Origin: Armatimonadota bacterium
GTDB taxonomy: Bacteria > Armatimonadota > Fimbriimonadia > Fimbriimonadales > GBS-DC
NCBI GenBank assembly: GCA_037444405.1
Contig: JBBIML010000011.1
Span: 4,643-68,642, forward strand
Reading direction: 5' to 3'
Length of the DNA stretch: 64,000 nt
Under the pieces are notes generated by a model. The model was not told the DNA's origin, ran no database searches, and worked only from the letters and a program-made list of their open reading frames with translations. This document shows positions 1 through 12,306 of this stretch, piece by piece; position 1 is the first letter of the stretch, and every line of letters begins with the position of its first letter. Position numbers and translations under genes: made by a program.

Positions 1-700
1 CGACGGCATAGGAGCCTGTGAACACGACCACATCGACGCCGGGGTGATGCACCAGCGCGTCGCCCGCGTCCTCGCCGTAGCCCTGAATCACATTGATAAC
101 GCCGGGTGGGAAGCCCGCCTCCACGAACAGCTCGATCAGCCGATGGGCGCAGATGGGCGTGTCTTCGGACGGCTTGAACACCACCGTGTTGCCTTCTAAC
201 AGGCTGGGCAGGATGGTCCAGAGGGGGATAGCAATCGGGAAGTTCCACGGGGTGATGCACGCCACGACGCCTTTGGGTTTGCGCAGGATGTAGGCATCCT
301 TCTCGGCGATTTCGCTGTCAATAATCTCGCCGTGCGGCATGCGCGCCATGCCCGCCACATATTGCGCCATATGGAGCGCTTCGACCACATCGGCGCGCCC
401 CTCGTTGATGGGTTTACCGCACTCGCGCGTCACCAGCTCCGCCAGCGCGTTCAGGTCGCGCTTGATCAGCTGGGCTAACTGGTCGATATACTCGCCGCGC
501 TTGATGCGCGAGGTGCGTCGCCAGCTTTCGAACGCCTCGCGGGCGGCGTTAACGGCTCTATCGACATCTTCCGGGGTGGAACGCGGCGCGGTGCCGATAA
601 TCTCGCGCATGTCGGCAGGGTTATAGCTCTCGAAGCGGTTGCCCGAAACCGATTCCTGCCACTGCCCTCGAATCAGGTTCATCGCCTCTACAGGTTTCAT
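1..700 (-). CDS. NAD(P)-dependent aldehyde dehydrogenase, N-terminal ~233 codons (3' end lies beyond the left edge)
   Basis: My own minus-strand translation from ATG (comp 698-700) reads MKPVEAMNLIRGQWQES...ITPWNFPIAIPLW...VVFKPSEDTP...VVFTGS, which are ALDH-family motifs. AGGAGG lies 8 nt upstream. It is absent from the ORF track because it runs off the edge. Confidence 0.85.
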   Translation of the reverse strand, partial: MKPVEAMNLIRGQWQESVSGNRFESYNPADMREIIGTAPRSTPEDVDRAVNAAREAFESWRRTSRIKRGEYIDQLAQLIKRDLNALAELVTRECGKPINEGRADVVEALHMAQYVAGMARMPHGEIIDSEIAEKDAYILRKPKGVVACITPWNFPIAIPLWTILPSLLEGNTVVFKPSEDTPICAHRLIELFVEAGFPPGVINVIQGYGEDAGDALVHHPGVDVVVFTGSYAV

Positions 701-815
701 CGTTTCAACCTCCTTCCTCCTGGCTCGGCATCGAGCCTGTAGAGAGTGTACCTTAACCGAGCGGGATTAGGATGGAGGCGATGCATCTGCCTGCGCGGGT
801 ATACTTTCCATCGCT

Positions 816-1042
816 ATGCCAACCTTAGTGTGTAAGGGGCGAATTATCGGCAAAACGATTGTGCTGGAATCGGAAACGGGCTTACCAGAGGGTGTGCCCG
901 TAGAGGTGGAGATTCACTTCCGCGAGCCAGAGTCTGCCATCGAGGAGCGGCTGCGTGCCCTGCAGGAGCTGTTCTCGATGAACCTGCCTGTTGCCGACTG
1001 GGAGCAGATGGAGCGTGAAACGATCCAGGGAGCGATCGAAGA

Positions 1043-1046
<4 letters not shown>
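816..1046 (+). CDS. Small antitoxin-like protein paired with a PIN toxin (VapB-type role)
   Basis: 76-aa ORF that overlaps the downstream PIN gene by 4 nt (ATGA). Its size and position are typical of type II antitoxins. No specific fold was recognised. Confidence 0.6.
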
Positions 1047-3856
<2,810 letters not shown>

Positions 3857-3864
<8 letters not shown>

Positions 3865-4972
3865 TTCTAGCCCCAGATGACGGGTGAACAGATGCGCGAA
3901 GCTCAAGAAACTTTCGTTTAAGTTCGTGGCTCACAGCACTCTCAGGCTCTTGTAGCAGCAGCTGTTCGTATCTGTTTAAAAATTTTATTCTCAATTCATA
4001 AAATAAATGAATAAAATGTTTTATAAAATTAATACAATCTAAAATCATAAATTCGGTTTCGGATTGCTCTGAAAGTTTTTTAGCATGTTCGTGTACAGCA
4101 GTATCGACAGGAACCGTCGTTACAATCACATATTGCTCGACTTTGATGGCGGTAACCTTTTGCGCCGCTCTATCGAGATCGGCAGGTGTTATTCGACGGG
4201 CTTTCATTTCGTATACAACAGCCATTCGGTTGTCAGTTGCAAACTCTACCTCCAGGTCACCAATCGTGCCTGCCCGAATATCAGCTGCAGTGTGGGGGTG
4301 CAGAGGCTTTGGGCGCTTGCGCAGATATTCTTGTGCAACATCATATGCAGCGGTTATCAGAAGCACCGGTAAGCGACTTGAGCGTCTCGATTCTAAATGC
4401 TTGCTCACAATTTGTATAATAGATTCTGCCGAAAGCTCACTTTGCGTATCGGCTCTCTGAATGAGTAAGCTTATTTGCTGTTGTTGTTCTTTTTTTAACA
4501 AGATAAGCTGTCGGATTACCTCTGTGAGAAGCGCTTTCGCATCCAGCAAGCCATTTTGCACCAGTTGCAACAGGCTAATGAAGGCATCATATGGCTCGCG
4601 CGGTTTACCTGATAGCCGGACATCAGGTTCAAGTGGTTGATTGAATGTGCGAAAAGCGGGCGTCAAAAAGGCTGTGGTCGGATTACAGGGAAGATCATAG
4701 CGGTAAATGAATGGGGTAATATAGCGTTCATCGTAGGTACGCCCGGAGTACGAATCGTCGGTTCCAATCTCGGTGTACGGCTTGCGAATATCCAGCTGCG
4801 GGCGGTGAACCTTTGCCAGTAAACATGCCAGTAAGGCGCGCATTGGCGCACGAGTAGAGCTCTGGCATATCTGCTCTATCAGCTTCACCTCCGCAGGATT
4901 TGTAATCAGGGGTTGATCAGGTCGAGTTGATGCCTCTGTGTAGCACTCCTCGAGGATTTGATCTGGTTCCAT
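3857..4972 (-). CDS. Candidate type II restriction endonuclease (PD-(D/E)XK-like core), partner of the adjacent Dam-family methylase
   Basis: 371 aa counted from ATG 4972, which has AGGAGG 7 nt upstream. IGDLEVEF...VVYEMKAR fits a D...ExK nuclease motif. The ORF overlaps the methylase 3' end by 67 nt. It is strongly AT-rich, especially 3940-4100, compared with its neighbours. No specific REase family was recognised. Confidence 0.55.
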
Positions 4973-5832
4973 TGGATAGCCTCCTGCGGGTCGTAGTTGG
5001 TCCAGAGGACCTCCTGTCGAACCTTCTTGATAGAGTGGCAGATTCGCGGTGGTGCCTCGATGCAGAACCAATCGCGGTAGAGGTGATCCATCAATTCACA
5101 GCGATAGCCAGAAAGCGCGACCTTACCTCTGACACCATGTAAAACTTCTGCCAGCAGGATGTGCTCCTGATCGCTCATTTCATAGGCGTACGCACTTCGA
5201 TCGCCTCGCACCTCGTGAACATAGGGTGGGTCGCAGTAAAAGAGCGTGTCCTCACTGTCATATTTTTGAATAACCTCAACGGCTGGCAGGTTTTCGATCT
5301 GGACGCGAAGCAGACGGTCGGCGATGTAAAACAGCTCCTCGATGCCGCCGAACCAGCGTGAGATAGCGCCTGCCATACCTGCACGGCTGGTGGCGACGCA
5401 ATATGCCCAGCGACCGGGCGAGGCGGTTTGGGCTAAGCCAGTGCGAGTCTGGCGGGCGCGCACATAGAAGCGTCGGGCGCGTTCGAGAACGGATAGCCCC
5501 TCATTGACAGAACTGCAGGCAATTTCTAACTCTTGGCGCGAAAAGGGTGTGAGAGCAATCAGGCGAATCAGTTCATCGGGCTGGTCGCGCAGGACGCGAA
5601 AGAAGTTCACTACCTCGCCGTCAATATCGTTGTAGGTTTCCACTGGCGACGGCTCACGATTGAGCAGCACAGCAGCCGAGCCGCCGAAAGGTTCGCAATA
5701 GTGGTGCGCAGGCGGCAATAGGGGCAGAAGCCAGTCAAGATGGCTGAACTTGCCGCCATACCAGCCAAAAGCGAGCAACCTGCCATTTCGCTTGACAGTC
5801 CCTGCCCCATGCGGCATGCTATTGCCCTCCAT
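4906..5832 (-). CDS. N6-adenine DNA methyltransferase, Dam/D12 class
   Basis: AFGWYGGK...CEPFGGSAAV (FxGxG-like) and FYCDPPYVHE (DPPY) are present. ATG 5832 has GGAGGTG 6 nt upstream. The track ORF extends to 5910, overlapping ltaE. Confidence 0.85.
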   Translation of the reverse strand: MEGNSMPHGAGTVKRNGRLLAFGWYGGKFSHLDWLLPLLPPAHHYCEPFGGSAAVLLNREPSPVETYNDIDGEVVNFFRVLRDQPDELIRLIALTPFSRQELEIACSSVNEGLSVLERARRFYVRARQTRTGLAQTASPGRWAYCVATSRAGMAGAISRWFGGIEELFYIADRLLRVQIENLPAVEVIQKYDSEDTLFYCDPPYVHEVRGDRSAYAYEMSDQEHILLAEVLHGVRGKVALSGYRCELMDHLYRDWFCIEAPPRICHSIKKVRQEVLWTNYDPQEAIQWNQIKSSRSATQRHQLDLINP

Positions 5833-5854
5833 CCAAGCCACCTCCGCAATTATA

Positions 5855-6871
5855 TTACCCAAGCTGTCGGAACGCGCGGATGGCGTAGTCAATGCCTGCA
5901 TCATCCACATCGTGGTGCGTGACGAGGCGCAGGCGGTGCGGATCGAGCGCGATGGTCAGCACGCCCTGCCTGGCGAGCTGCTGCTCCACCTGGGGGGCGG
6001 GACGCGCCGTGCGCACAAAAACGATATTGGTCTGAACGGTTTCCAGGTCGACTTCGAAGCCTGGCAGTTCAGCAATCGCTTCCGCCAGCTGGCGAGCGCG
6101 GCGATGGTCTTCGGCAAGGCGTTCAATCATTGTTTGCAACGCGACGATGCCCGCCGCCGCCAGCACGCCCGCCTGCCGCATGCCGCCCCCGAACAGCTTG
6201 CGCACCCGATGCGCCTCGCGAATGAACTCACGCGAGCCGACCAGCACCGAACCCACAGGGCAGCATAGCCCCTTGGAAAGCGCGAAGAACGCCGAGTCGA
6301 CATGGCGCGTCCACACCTGTGGCGAGACGCCCAGCGCGACGGCTGCATTAAATAGCCGCGCCCCATCTAAATGCACCATCAACCCGCGCCGATGCGCCAG
6401 CCGACAGATTGCCTGAAACTGCTCTGGTGGCAGAATCGTGCCCCCACAGCGGTTGTGGGTGTTTTCCAGGCAGAGCAGTGCCGTGCCGGGCGTGTGATCA
6501 TCGGCGACGCGGATGCGCGCCTCGATCTCGGCAGGGTCAATCCGCCCGCGCGTGATGGGGTACGGCTCCAGCATCACGCCCGACAGCACCGCTGGACCTG
6601 CCAGCTCGTAGTGCAGGATGTGGCTTTCGGCGTCCACCAGCACGGCGTCGCCGGGCTGGGTCCAGACCTTGATAGCGATTTCGTTCGCCATCGTGCCGCT
6701 GGGCACAAAGAGCGCGGCTTCGTGCCCCAGCAGTTCCGCGGCCATCTCCTGCAGGCGATTGACCGTGGGGTCTTCGCCGAACACATCGTCGCCCACTTCG
6801 GCGTCTGCCATCGCCTGACGCATGGCGGGCGTGGGCTTCGTCACGGTATCGGATCGGAGGTCGACTCTCAC
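5855..6871 (-). CDS. ltaE: Low-specificity L-threonine aldolase
   Basis: [21 protein letters not shown]...[12 protein letters not shown]...SGTMANEIA is a canonical LtaE N-terminus. GTG start. Confidence 0.9.
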   Translation of the reverse strand: MRVDLRSDTVTKPTPAMRQAMADAEVGDDVFGEDPTVNRLQEMAAELLGHEAALFVPSGTMANEIAIKVWTQPGDAVLVDAESHILHYELAGPAVLSGVMLEPYPITRGRIDPAEIEARIRVADDHTPGTALLCLENTHNRCGGTILPPEQFQAICRLAHRRGLMVHLDGARLFNAAVALGVSPQVWTRHVDSAFFALSKGLCCPVGSVLVGSREFIREAHRVRKLFGGGMRQAGVLAAAGIVALQTMIERLAEDHRRARQLAEAIAELPGFEVDLETVQTNIVFVRTARPAPQVEQQLARQGVLTIALDPHRLRLVTHHDVDDAGIDYAIRAFRQLG

Positions 6872-6872
6872 A

Positions 6873-7802
6873 TCAGGAGTTTACCTGTTGAAGGCAGGCA
6901 TCGCGCACGGCATCTAAAGCCTGCTGAACGCCCACTGTTGGCACCACGCCGCAGCCCTGCGCCGGGCGAATGTGCCAGCCCTGTGGCGTGTGAGCGATCT
7001 CTATCCAGAAGTGCTGGGTGAGGTCCTCTTCCACAACCACCACGCGCACCATCGCCACCTGACGGCGCGGGTCGTACAGCATCGCTTTGAAATGCACATG
7101 TACTGGCTCCGATTGATCCTCCAGTTGCAGCCTGTCGGGGTCAAAATGGGGCACACGATGGGTCTGCATCGGTACATCCTCCTTCAGCGGCACGGGCATC
7201 GGCTCCACGCGGCGCAGGGTCAGCTCATAGAAAATCGTCTGTCCGCCAGCGAGCCACTTGCGCTCGTACTTAGTGCCGAAGCTAGGCGGCAGTGTGCGCG
7301 CGTAAGCCACAAAGCCCGTGTCGGTAATCTGGCTCAACACCCAGCTGAAATAGTCGGCGTGGTCGGTGACCACCTGCACCTCGCCGTTCGCCTGCAGGCG
7401 GCTGTTGAGCAGTTGCAGAAACGACTGGCTGAAGAGGCGATATTTGTGGTGATGCTTTTTGGGCCAGGGGCAGGGGAAGAGCGAATAGATGCGGGTGAAC
7501 GATTCGGGCGGGATGGCGCGATAGAGGATGGGCGTCGCGTTGCCCAGCAGCAGGCGAATATTGGGCACCTGTGCCTGCGCGATGCGGCGCAGCGTGCGCT
7601 GAACGCTCTCCCATTCGATCTCGATACCCACAAAGTCGCGTTCAGGGTGCTGGCGGGCGCGGGCGACCAGATAATCGCCATTCCCGAAGCCAATTTCCAG
7701 CTCGCGGGGCGCGTCGCGCCCGAAAATCGCCACCCAGTCCAGCGGGCGTGCCACCTGCTTCCACAAAATCAGCGGGCGCAGCGAGAGATAGGTCGCACGC
7801 AT
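6873..7802 (-). CDS. trmB: tRNA (guanine-N7)-methyltransferase with a C-terminal extension
   Basis: [11 protein letters not shown]...FVGIEI...[15 protein letters not shown] are TrmB motifs. About 100 extra C-terminal residues are present, as in long-form TrmBs. An alternative GTG start exists at 7823. Confidence 0.85.
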   Translation of the reverse strand: MRATYLSLRPLILWKQVARPLDWVAIFGRDAPRELEIGFGNGDYLVARARQHPERDFVGIEIEWESVQRTLRRIAQAQVPNIRLLLGNATPILYRAIPPESFTRIYSLFPCPWPKKHHHKYRLFSQSFLQLLNSRLQANGEVQVVTDHADYFSWVLSQITDTGFVAYARTLPPSFGTKYERKWLAGGQTIFYELTLRRVEPMPVPLKEDVPMQTHRVPHFDPDRLQLEDQSEPVHVHFKAMLYDPRRQVAMVRVVVVEEDLTQHFWIEIAHTPQGWHIRPAQGCGVVPTVGVQQALDAVRDACLQQVNS

Positions 7803-7806
7803 CGCT

Positions 7807-8466
7807 TCAGACCAGCCCCTCACGCACCGCCAGCAGCGCCGCCTCCGTGCGCGAGTTCACCTGCAACTTGAACAGAATGTTAGAAATGTAGTTTTTAACG
7901 GTCTTCTCGGTGATGAACAGCTCATCGGCGATTTCGCGGTTGCGTTTCCCTGCAGCAATCATCTTCAGGATTTGTAGCTCGCGGGCGGTTAGCTCCGAGA
8001 ACAGGTGGGCAGCCTGAGGCATCCGGGCAGACTGGCGCTGGAACTCGGTAATGATTCGCGCCGCGACGGTCGGATGCAGGATCGATTCGCCATGCGCCGC
8101 GCTGAGGATGCTCTGCACAATCGTGTCAGGCGGGCTGTCTTTGAGCAGGTAGCCAATTGCGCCCGCCTTGATCGCCTCGAACACATTCTGGTCATCGCCA
8201 AAGATAGTCCAGATGACCACCTGCACGCTCGGCAGGGCGCTTTTGATGCGGCGCGTTGCCTCGATGCCGTCCATACGCGGCATCCGGATGTCCATCAGCG
8301 CCACCTGCGGCTCGAACTGCATCGCGAGCTGAACCGCCTGCTCGCCGTCAGCGGCGGAGCCAAGCAAGTCAAGCGAATCGTGGCGCATCAAAATAGCCTG
8401 CAGATGCTCGCGCAGTCGCGCTTCATCCTCCGCGATGATCAGGCGCACCTTCTCTTGCGTTTCCAT
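7807..8466 (-). CDS. Response regulator, NarL/FixJ (LuxR-type HTH) family
   Basis: The receiver domain (VRLIIAEDE...DLLGSAADG...MDIRMPRMDG) is followed by LTARELQILKMIAAGKRNREIADEL. The real start is probably METQEK. The 80 codons upstream in the track are a frame extension overlapping the kinase gene. Confidence 0.9.
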   Translation of the reverse strand: METQEKVRLIIAEDEARLREHLQAILMRHDSLDLLGSAADGEQAVQLAMQFEPQVALMDIRMPRMDGIEATRRIKSALPSVQVVIWTIFGDDQNVFEAIKAGAIGYLLKDSPPDTIVQSILSAAHGESILHPTVAARIITEFQRQSARMPQAAHLFSELTARELQILKMIAAGKRNREIADELFITEKTVKNYISNILFKLQVNSRTEAALLAVREGLV

Positions 8467-9631
8467 CATCAGACACCTCTTCATCAGGTTCGATGGGCAC
8501 ACTGAACTCGATGCAGGTGCCCCTGCCGGGCGCGCTCTGGACGGTGAACTGCCCGCCGAGGCTTTCGATGCGCTCCTGCATCGAGCGCAGACCGAACCCC
8601 AGCAGCGCTCTGGAGACATCGAAGCCCTCGCCGTCATCTTCGATTCGTCCGACGAGCTGCTTACCCTGCTGGGCGAGCGTGATTCGCACGGTGCGCACGC
8701 CGGTGGCATGCTTGATGATGTTGTTAAGTGCTTCCTGCACCACGCGGGCGATGGTCAGCGTTCGTGAAGGGCTTAACGCCGGCAGCGGCTGCGGGCATTC
8801 GAACTGAAACTCGATATTCAGGCGCTCTGCCACATGGTTGCCCATCTGCTGGATGCGCTGGCACAGATCGAGGTTCTCGTCCGCGTACAGTTGCTGAATA
8901 ATCAGGCGGGTCTCGTCCAGCGCCGCTCGCAGCAGTTGGATCTGTTCCTGGATGGGGCAGGCAGGCTGGCTGGTAGATGAACGAGCCTCATGGCTGACGC
9001 GCTCCAGTCCCAGGATTACCTGAACGAGGGTGCTGCCCAGCCCGTCGTGGAACTCGCGCGCGATGCGTTCCCGCTCGCGACCGAGTTCCACGCGCTCGCG
9101 CAGTTCCGCCAGCTCCGCCCTGTATTCTAAGTGGGTGCGATGCACCTGATGAATCAGCCATGAGAGCAGCCCCAGCGACGCCACCCGATAGCCGAAGTCG
9201 ATCCATAGTCCTGATGGCAGGGGATAGCACGCCAGCGCGTAGCCCAGCCCCGCCAGCCCGATCATCACGAACAGCATCGGCGTGGTCATCACCGCGGCTT
9301 CGGACACCAGCAGCATAAAGTAGAGCAGCCATACCTCGCTGGCGTACTTACCCGTCATCGCCACCGCGACCGAAATGAGCAGGATATCAAAAGTGGCTAA
9401 CGGGATGGTGAACGAGTACATGATGTGCGGGTCGCGCAAGCCGACCCATGTGCGGGCAGATGCGGACAGAATCGCCAGCACGGCGAGCGTAATCAGCTGG
9501 GCGAGGGTGAGGTCGAGCGTGCCCTGCAGATGGCGCAACACGCCCCATCCAATCGCTGCCAGCACGACCAGCCAGACGCTGGAGTTGACGCGCTGGAACC
9601 GCTGGTATTGACGCCTGAGCTGGGTCGCCAC
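8423..9631 (-). CDS. Membrane sensor histidine kinase (HisKA_3/NarX-DegS type)
   Basis: Four to five N-terminal TM segments are followed by REFHDGLGSTL (H-box) and a HATPase_c region (DDGEGF...GFGLRSMQER). GTG start. Confidence 0.85.
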   Translation of the reverse strand: MATQLRRQYQRFQRVNSSVWLVVLAAIGWGVLRHLQGTLDLTLAQLITLAVLAILSASARTWVGLRDPHIMYSFTIPLATFDILLISVAVAMTGKYASEVWLLYFMLLVSEAAVMTTPMLFVMIGLAGLGYALACYPLPSGLWIDFGYRVASLGLLSWLIHQVHRTHLEYRAELAELRERVELGRERERIAREFHDGLGSTLVQVILGLERVSHEARSSTSQPACPIQEQIQLLRAALDETRLIIQQLYADENLDLCQRIQQMGNHVAERLNIEFQFECPQPLPALSPSRTLTIARVVQEALNNIIKHATGVRTVRITLAQQGKQLVGRIEDDGEGFDVSRALLGFGLRSMQERIESLGGQFTVQSAPGRGTCIEFSVPIEPDEEVSDDGNAREGAPDHRGG

Positions 9632-9637
9632 CGCGCA

Positions 9638-9880
9638 TCACTCCCCTTGTGCAAGGGGCGCAGGTTGTGGACTGAACCCAGCCTGCCGCAGACGGCTCAC
9701 AATCGCGCTTTCGTCCACCTGTGCAGGGTCGTATAACACGCGCACACGCTTGCCCTCCAGGGTGACCGTTACTTGCTGGACGCCTGCCAGCTCATTCAGT
9801 GCCCGCTGGATTGCCCGCACGCACCCTTCGCAGCTCATGTCGGGAACCAGCCATTCCTTCTCCGATTGCTGTACCATCAC
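9638..9880 (-). CDS. Heavy-metal-associated (HMA) domain protein, CopZ-like
   Basis: 80 aa with an MSCEGC metal-binding motif and the HMA fold pattern VTVTLEGKRVRVLYD. It ends 7 nt upstream of the kinase gene. Confidence 0.8.
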   Translation of the reverse strand: MMVQQSEKEWLVPDMSCEGCVRAIQRALNELAGVQQVTVTLEGKRVRVLYDPAQVDESAIVSRLRQAGFSPQPAPLAQGE

Positions 9881-9915
9881 ACAAACCTCCGTGTCGATTT
9901 TACCCGTTTCGGCAA

Positions 9916-10293
9916 ATGTTCGACAGGTGCATGGAGGAGCTTTTTCGCGTAGGGTACAATTGTTATGTGATACACGGTGCCGGTCGACATTCGCAAGAGG
10001 CGAATCGTCAGAGCGGTCAAGCGGAACCCCACCCTGTTGTTAATGGGGAACAGTTTCGCGCCTGGCTGGCGGGTATCCGTCAGGCGCAGGCAGTGCTGGA
10101 GCGCGAGAGGGCGCACTGGCTGCGCCAGCTGACCCCGCAAGAATCGCTTCGCCTCTATCATGCCCTCTGGGAGCGCGCCCATCACCAGTTCGACTACTCC
10201 ACGCCTTCACCGCTGGTTTCGCGTGTGCGGGCGGTTTTTCGACGCTATCTGGAGGCACAGTCGCGTGAACCCGCTGGACACTGCCGCGATTGA
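9916..10293 (+). CDS. Hypothetical protein (start uncertain; same frame stays open after the TGA)
   Basis: The ORF reads ...NGEQFRAWLAGIRQAQAVLERERAHWLRQLTPQESLRLYHALWERAHH... with no recognised domain. The upstream part of the track ORF overlaps copZ antisense. Confidence 0.3.
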   Translation: MFDRCMEELFRVGYNCYVIHGAGRHSQEANRQSGQAEPHPVVNGEQFRAWLAGIRQAQAVLERERAHWLRQLTPQESLRLYHALWERAHHQFDYSTPSPLVSRVRAVFRRYLEAQSREPAGHCRD

Positions 10294-10442
10294 CAGGACT
10301 ATATCCGTTCCTGCCTGCGCCTCTTTGCGCCCTATGTGGAGGAGTTTAATCCTTTAGAGGTCTTCGAGCGCAATCTGCAGGTGGTGGAGTCCAACCAGAA
10401 TGAGGACATGTGGTGAGCGGGAACACAGGTACAATAAGCGTG

Positions 10443-11447
10443 ATGGCGAGGCGGATCAGCCCGTTGCGGCAGGCGGTGCAGCTCATCATGGAGGCGGAGA
10501 CCTGCCTGGTGGTGTGCCATCTGAACCCGGATGGCGACACACTGGGCAGCGGGCTGGCGCTTTATCACGGGCTGTGCGCTCTGCGCAAGCACACCGTGCG
10601 CCTGCTGTGCCATGACCCTGTGCCAGAGATTTATCGCTTTCTGCCCGGCAGCGAGGTGGTGGTGACCGAGCCGCAGCCCGTCACGGTGTATGACCTCGCG
10701 CTGGTGTGCGACATGAGCCAGTTGAATCGGGCGGGGCGGCACGAGCCGCTGGTGCGCGCTGCCCGCCACATCCTGCAGATTGACCATCATGTGGCGCAGG
10801 AGCCGTTCGCCGATGTGCGCCTGGTGGATGAGAGCGCGGCTGCCACCGCCGAGATTGCCTATCGGCTGCTGCAGGCGTTGCGCATCCCGCTCACTCCAGA
10901 GATTGCGACCTGCCTGCTCACGGGCATCGTGACAGACACCTTCTCCTTCAAATTTCCGAACACCACGCCGCGCACCCTGCGCATCGCGGCGCATCTGCAA
11001 AGCTGTGGCGCGGACATCAGCGAGATCAACGAGCAGGTGTTCGAAACGCGCTCCTTTTCGGCGGTCAAGCTGCTGGGGCTGGCGCTCGCCACACTCAAGC
11101 GAACCGAGGATGGGCGCATCGCGTGGGCGGTCATCCCGCGCAGCGCGTTCGAAGAAGCGGGCGCCAGCGAGGAGGAGACCGAGGGCATCGTGAACTTCGT
11201 GCGCTCCATTCACGGCGTGCAGGTGGCGATGCTGTTGCGCGAAGCGCCCAACCGCAAGATTCGGGTGAGCCTGCGCAGTCGGGGCGCGATTAATGTGGCG
11301 CAGATTGCCCAGCGGTTCGGCGGTGGCGGGCACGAGAACGCTGCCGGCTGCACGCTGGAGATGAGCCTGGCTGACGCTGAGCAGGCGCTGCTGCAGGAGG
11401 TGCAGAAATGGATGGCGTGCTTAACCTCTGCAAGCCCGTCGGCATGA
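10443..11447 (+). CDS. nrnA: DHH/DHHA1 phosphoesterase (NrnA-type oligoribonuclease/pAp phosphatase)
   Basis: HLNPDGDTLGS, DHH, and GGGHENAAGC (DHHA1 GGGH) motifs are present. ATG lies 7 nt after a TACAAT box. Confidence 0.85.
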   Translation: MARRISPLRQAVQLIMEAETCLVVCHLNPDGDTLGSGLALYHGLCALRKHTVRLLCHDPVPEIYRFLPGSEVVVTEPQPVTVYDLALVCDMSQLNRAGRHEPLVRAARHILQIDHHVAQEPFADVRLVDESAAATAEIAYRLLQALRIPLTPEIATCLLTGIVTDTFSFKFPNTTPRTLRIAAHLQSCGADISEINEQVFETRSFSAVKLLGLALATLKRTEDGRIAWAVIPRSAFEEAGASEEETEGIVNFVRSIHGVQVAMLLREAPNRKIRVSLRSRGAINVAQIAQRFGGGGHENAAGCTLEMSLADAEQALLQEVQKWMACLTSASPSA

Positions 11448-12289
11448 CCTCGCACGATGTGGTGGAGCGCATTCGCGAAGCGTCCCGCCAGAAAGAGGTG
11501 GGGCACACCGGCACGCTCGACCCGATGGCGGACGGCGTGCTGGTTCTCTGCCTCGGACGCGCCACCCGCCTCACCCCCGTGCTGCAGCCTCTGACCAAAA
11601 AGTATCGGGGCGTCATTCAGTTCGGCATCCGCACCACCACGCAGGACATCGAAGGGCAGGTGTTCTCGCAGATACCCGCACCGCACCTCACCCTCGAAGC
11701 GGTGCAGGGGGTTGCCCGGCGGTTCGTCGGGCGCATCGAGCAGATACCGCCGATGTATTCCGCCGTGAAAATCGAGGGCAAACGGCTCTATCAGCTGGCG
11801 CGTGAGGGCAAGGAGGTGGAGCGCCCACCCCGCACCGTCACCATCTATCAGCTGGAGATTCTCGATTTCGAGCCGGGCGAGTTCCCGACGGCGACTTTTT
11901 ATTTAGAGTGTTCGGCGGGCACCTATGTACGCACGCTGGCGTCCGATATAGGCGACGCGCTGGGCACAGGGGCGCACCTGAAACAGCTCACGCGCATCGC
12001 AGTGGGGCACTTCACGCTGGAGACGGCACAGCCACTGGAGCGGTTCACCGATGTCGACTCGGTGGCGGCGCATCTGATCCCGCCTGCGGACGCCCTGCCG
12101 CACCTGCCGCGCTGGAAGCCCTCGCCACCCTATCTGGAGCGACTGCTGAACGGCAACTTTGTGCAGGCGGAAAACCCGCTGTGGACGCCCGGCGGCTATG
12201 TGCTGGTGATGGAGGATGAGCAGCGGATCGCGCTGCTTGCCCGCTGGTTGCCGCCGCTGCTGCGCCCCGTGCGGGTGATTCGAGCATAG
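11408..12289 (+). CDS. truB: tRNA pseudouridine(55) synthase
   Basis: GVLNLCKPVGMTSHDVV...GHTGTLDPMADGVLVLCLG is the catalytic Asp motif. AGGAGG lies upstream. Confidence 0.95.
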   Translation: MDGVLNLCKPVGMTSHDVVERIREASRQKEVGHTGTLDPMADGVLVLCLGRATRLTPVLQPLTKKYRGVIQFGIRTTTQDIEGQVFSQIPAPHLTLEAVQGVARRFVGRIEQIPPMYSAVKIEGKRLYQLAREGKEVERPPRTVTIYQLEILDFEPGEFPTATFYLECSAGTYVRTLASDIGDALGTGAHLKQLTRIAVGHFTLETAQPLERFTDVDSVAAHLIPPADALPHLPRWKPSPPYLERLLNGNFVQAENPLWTPGGYVLVMEDEQRIALLARWLPPLLRPVRVIRA

Positions 12290-12306
12290 CAGGGTATACT
12301 TCGCGC

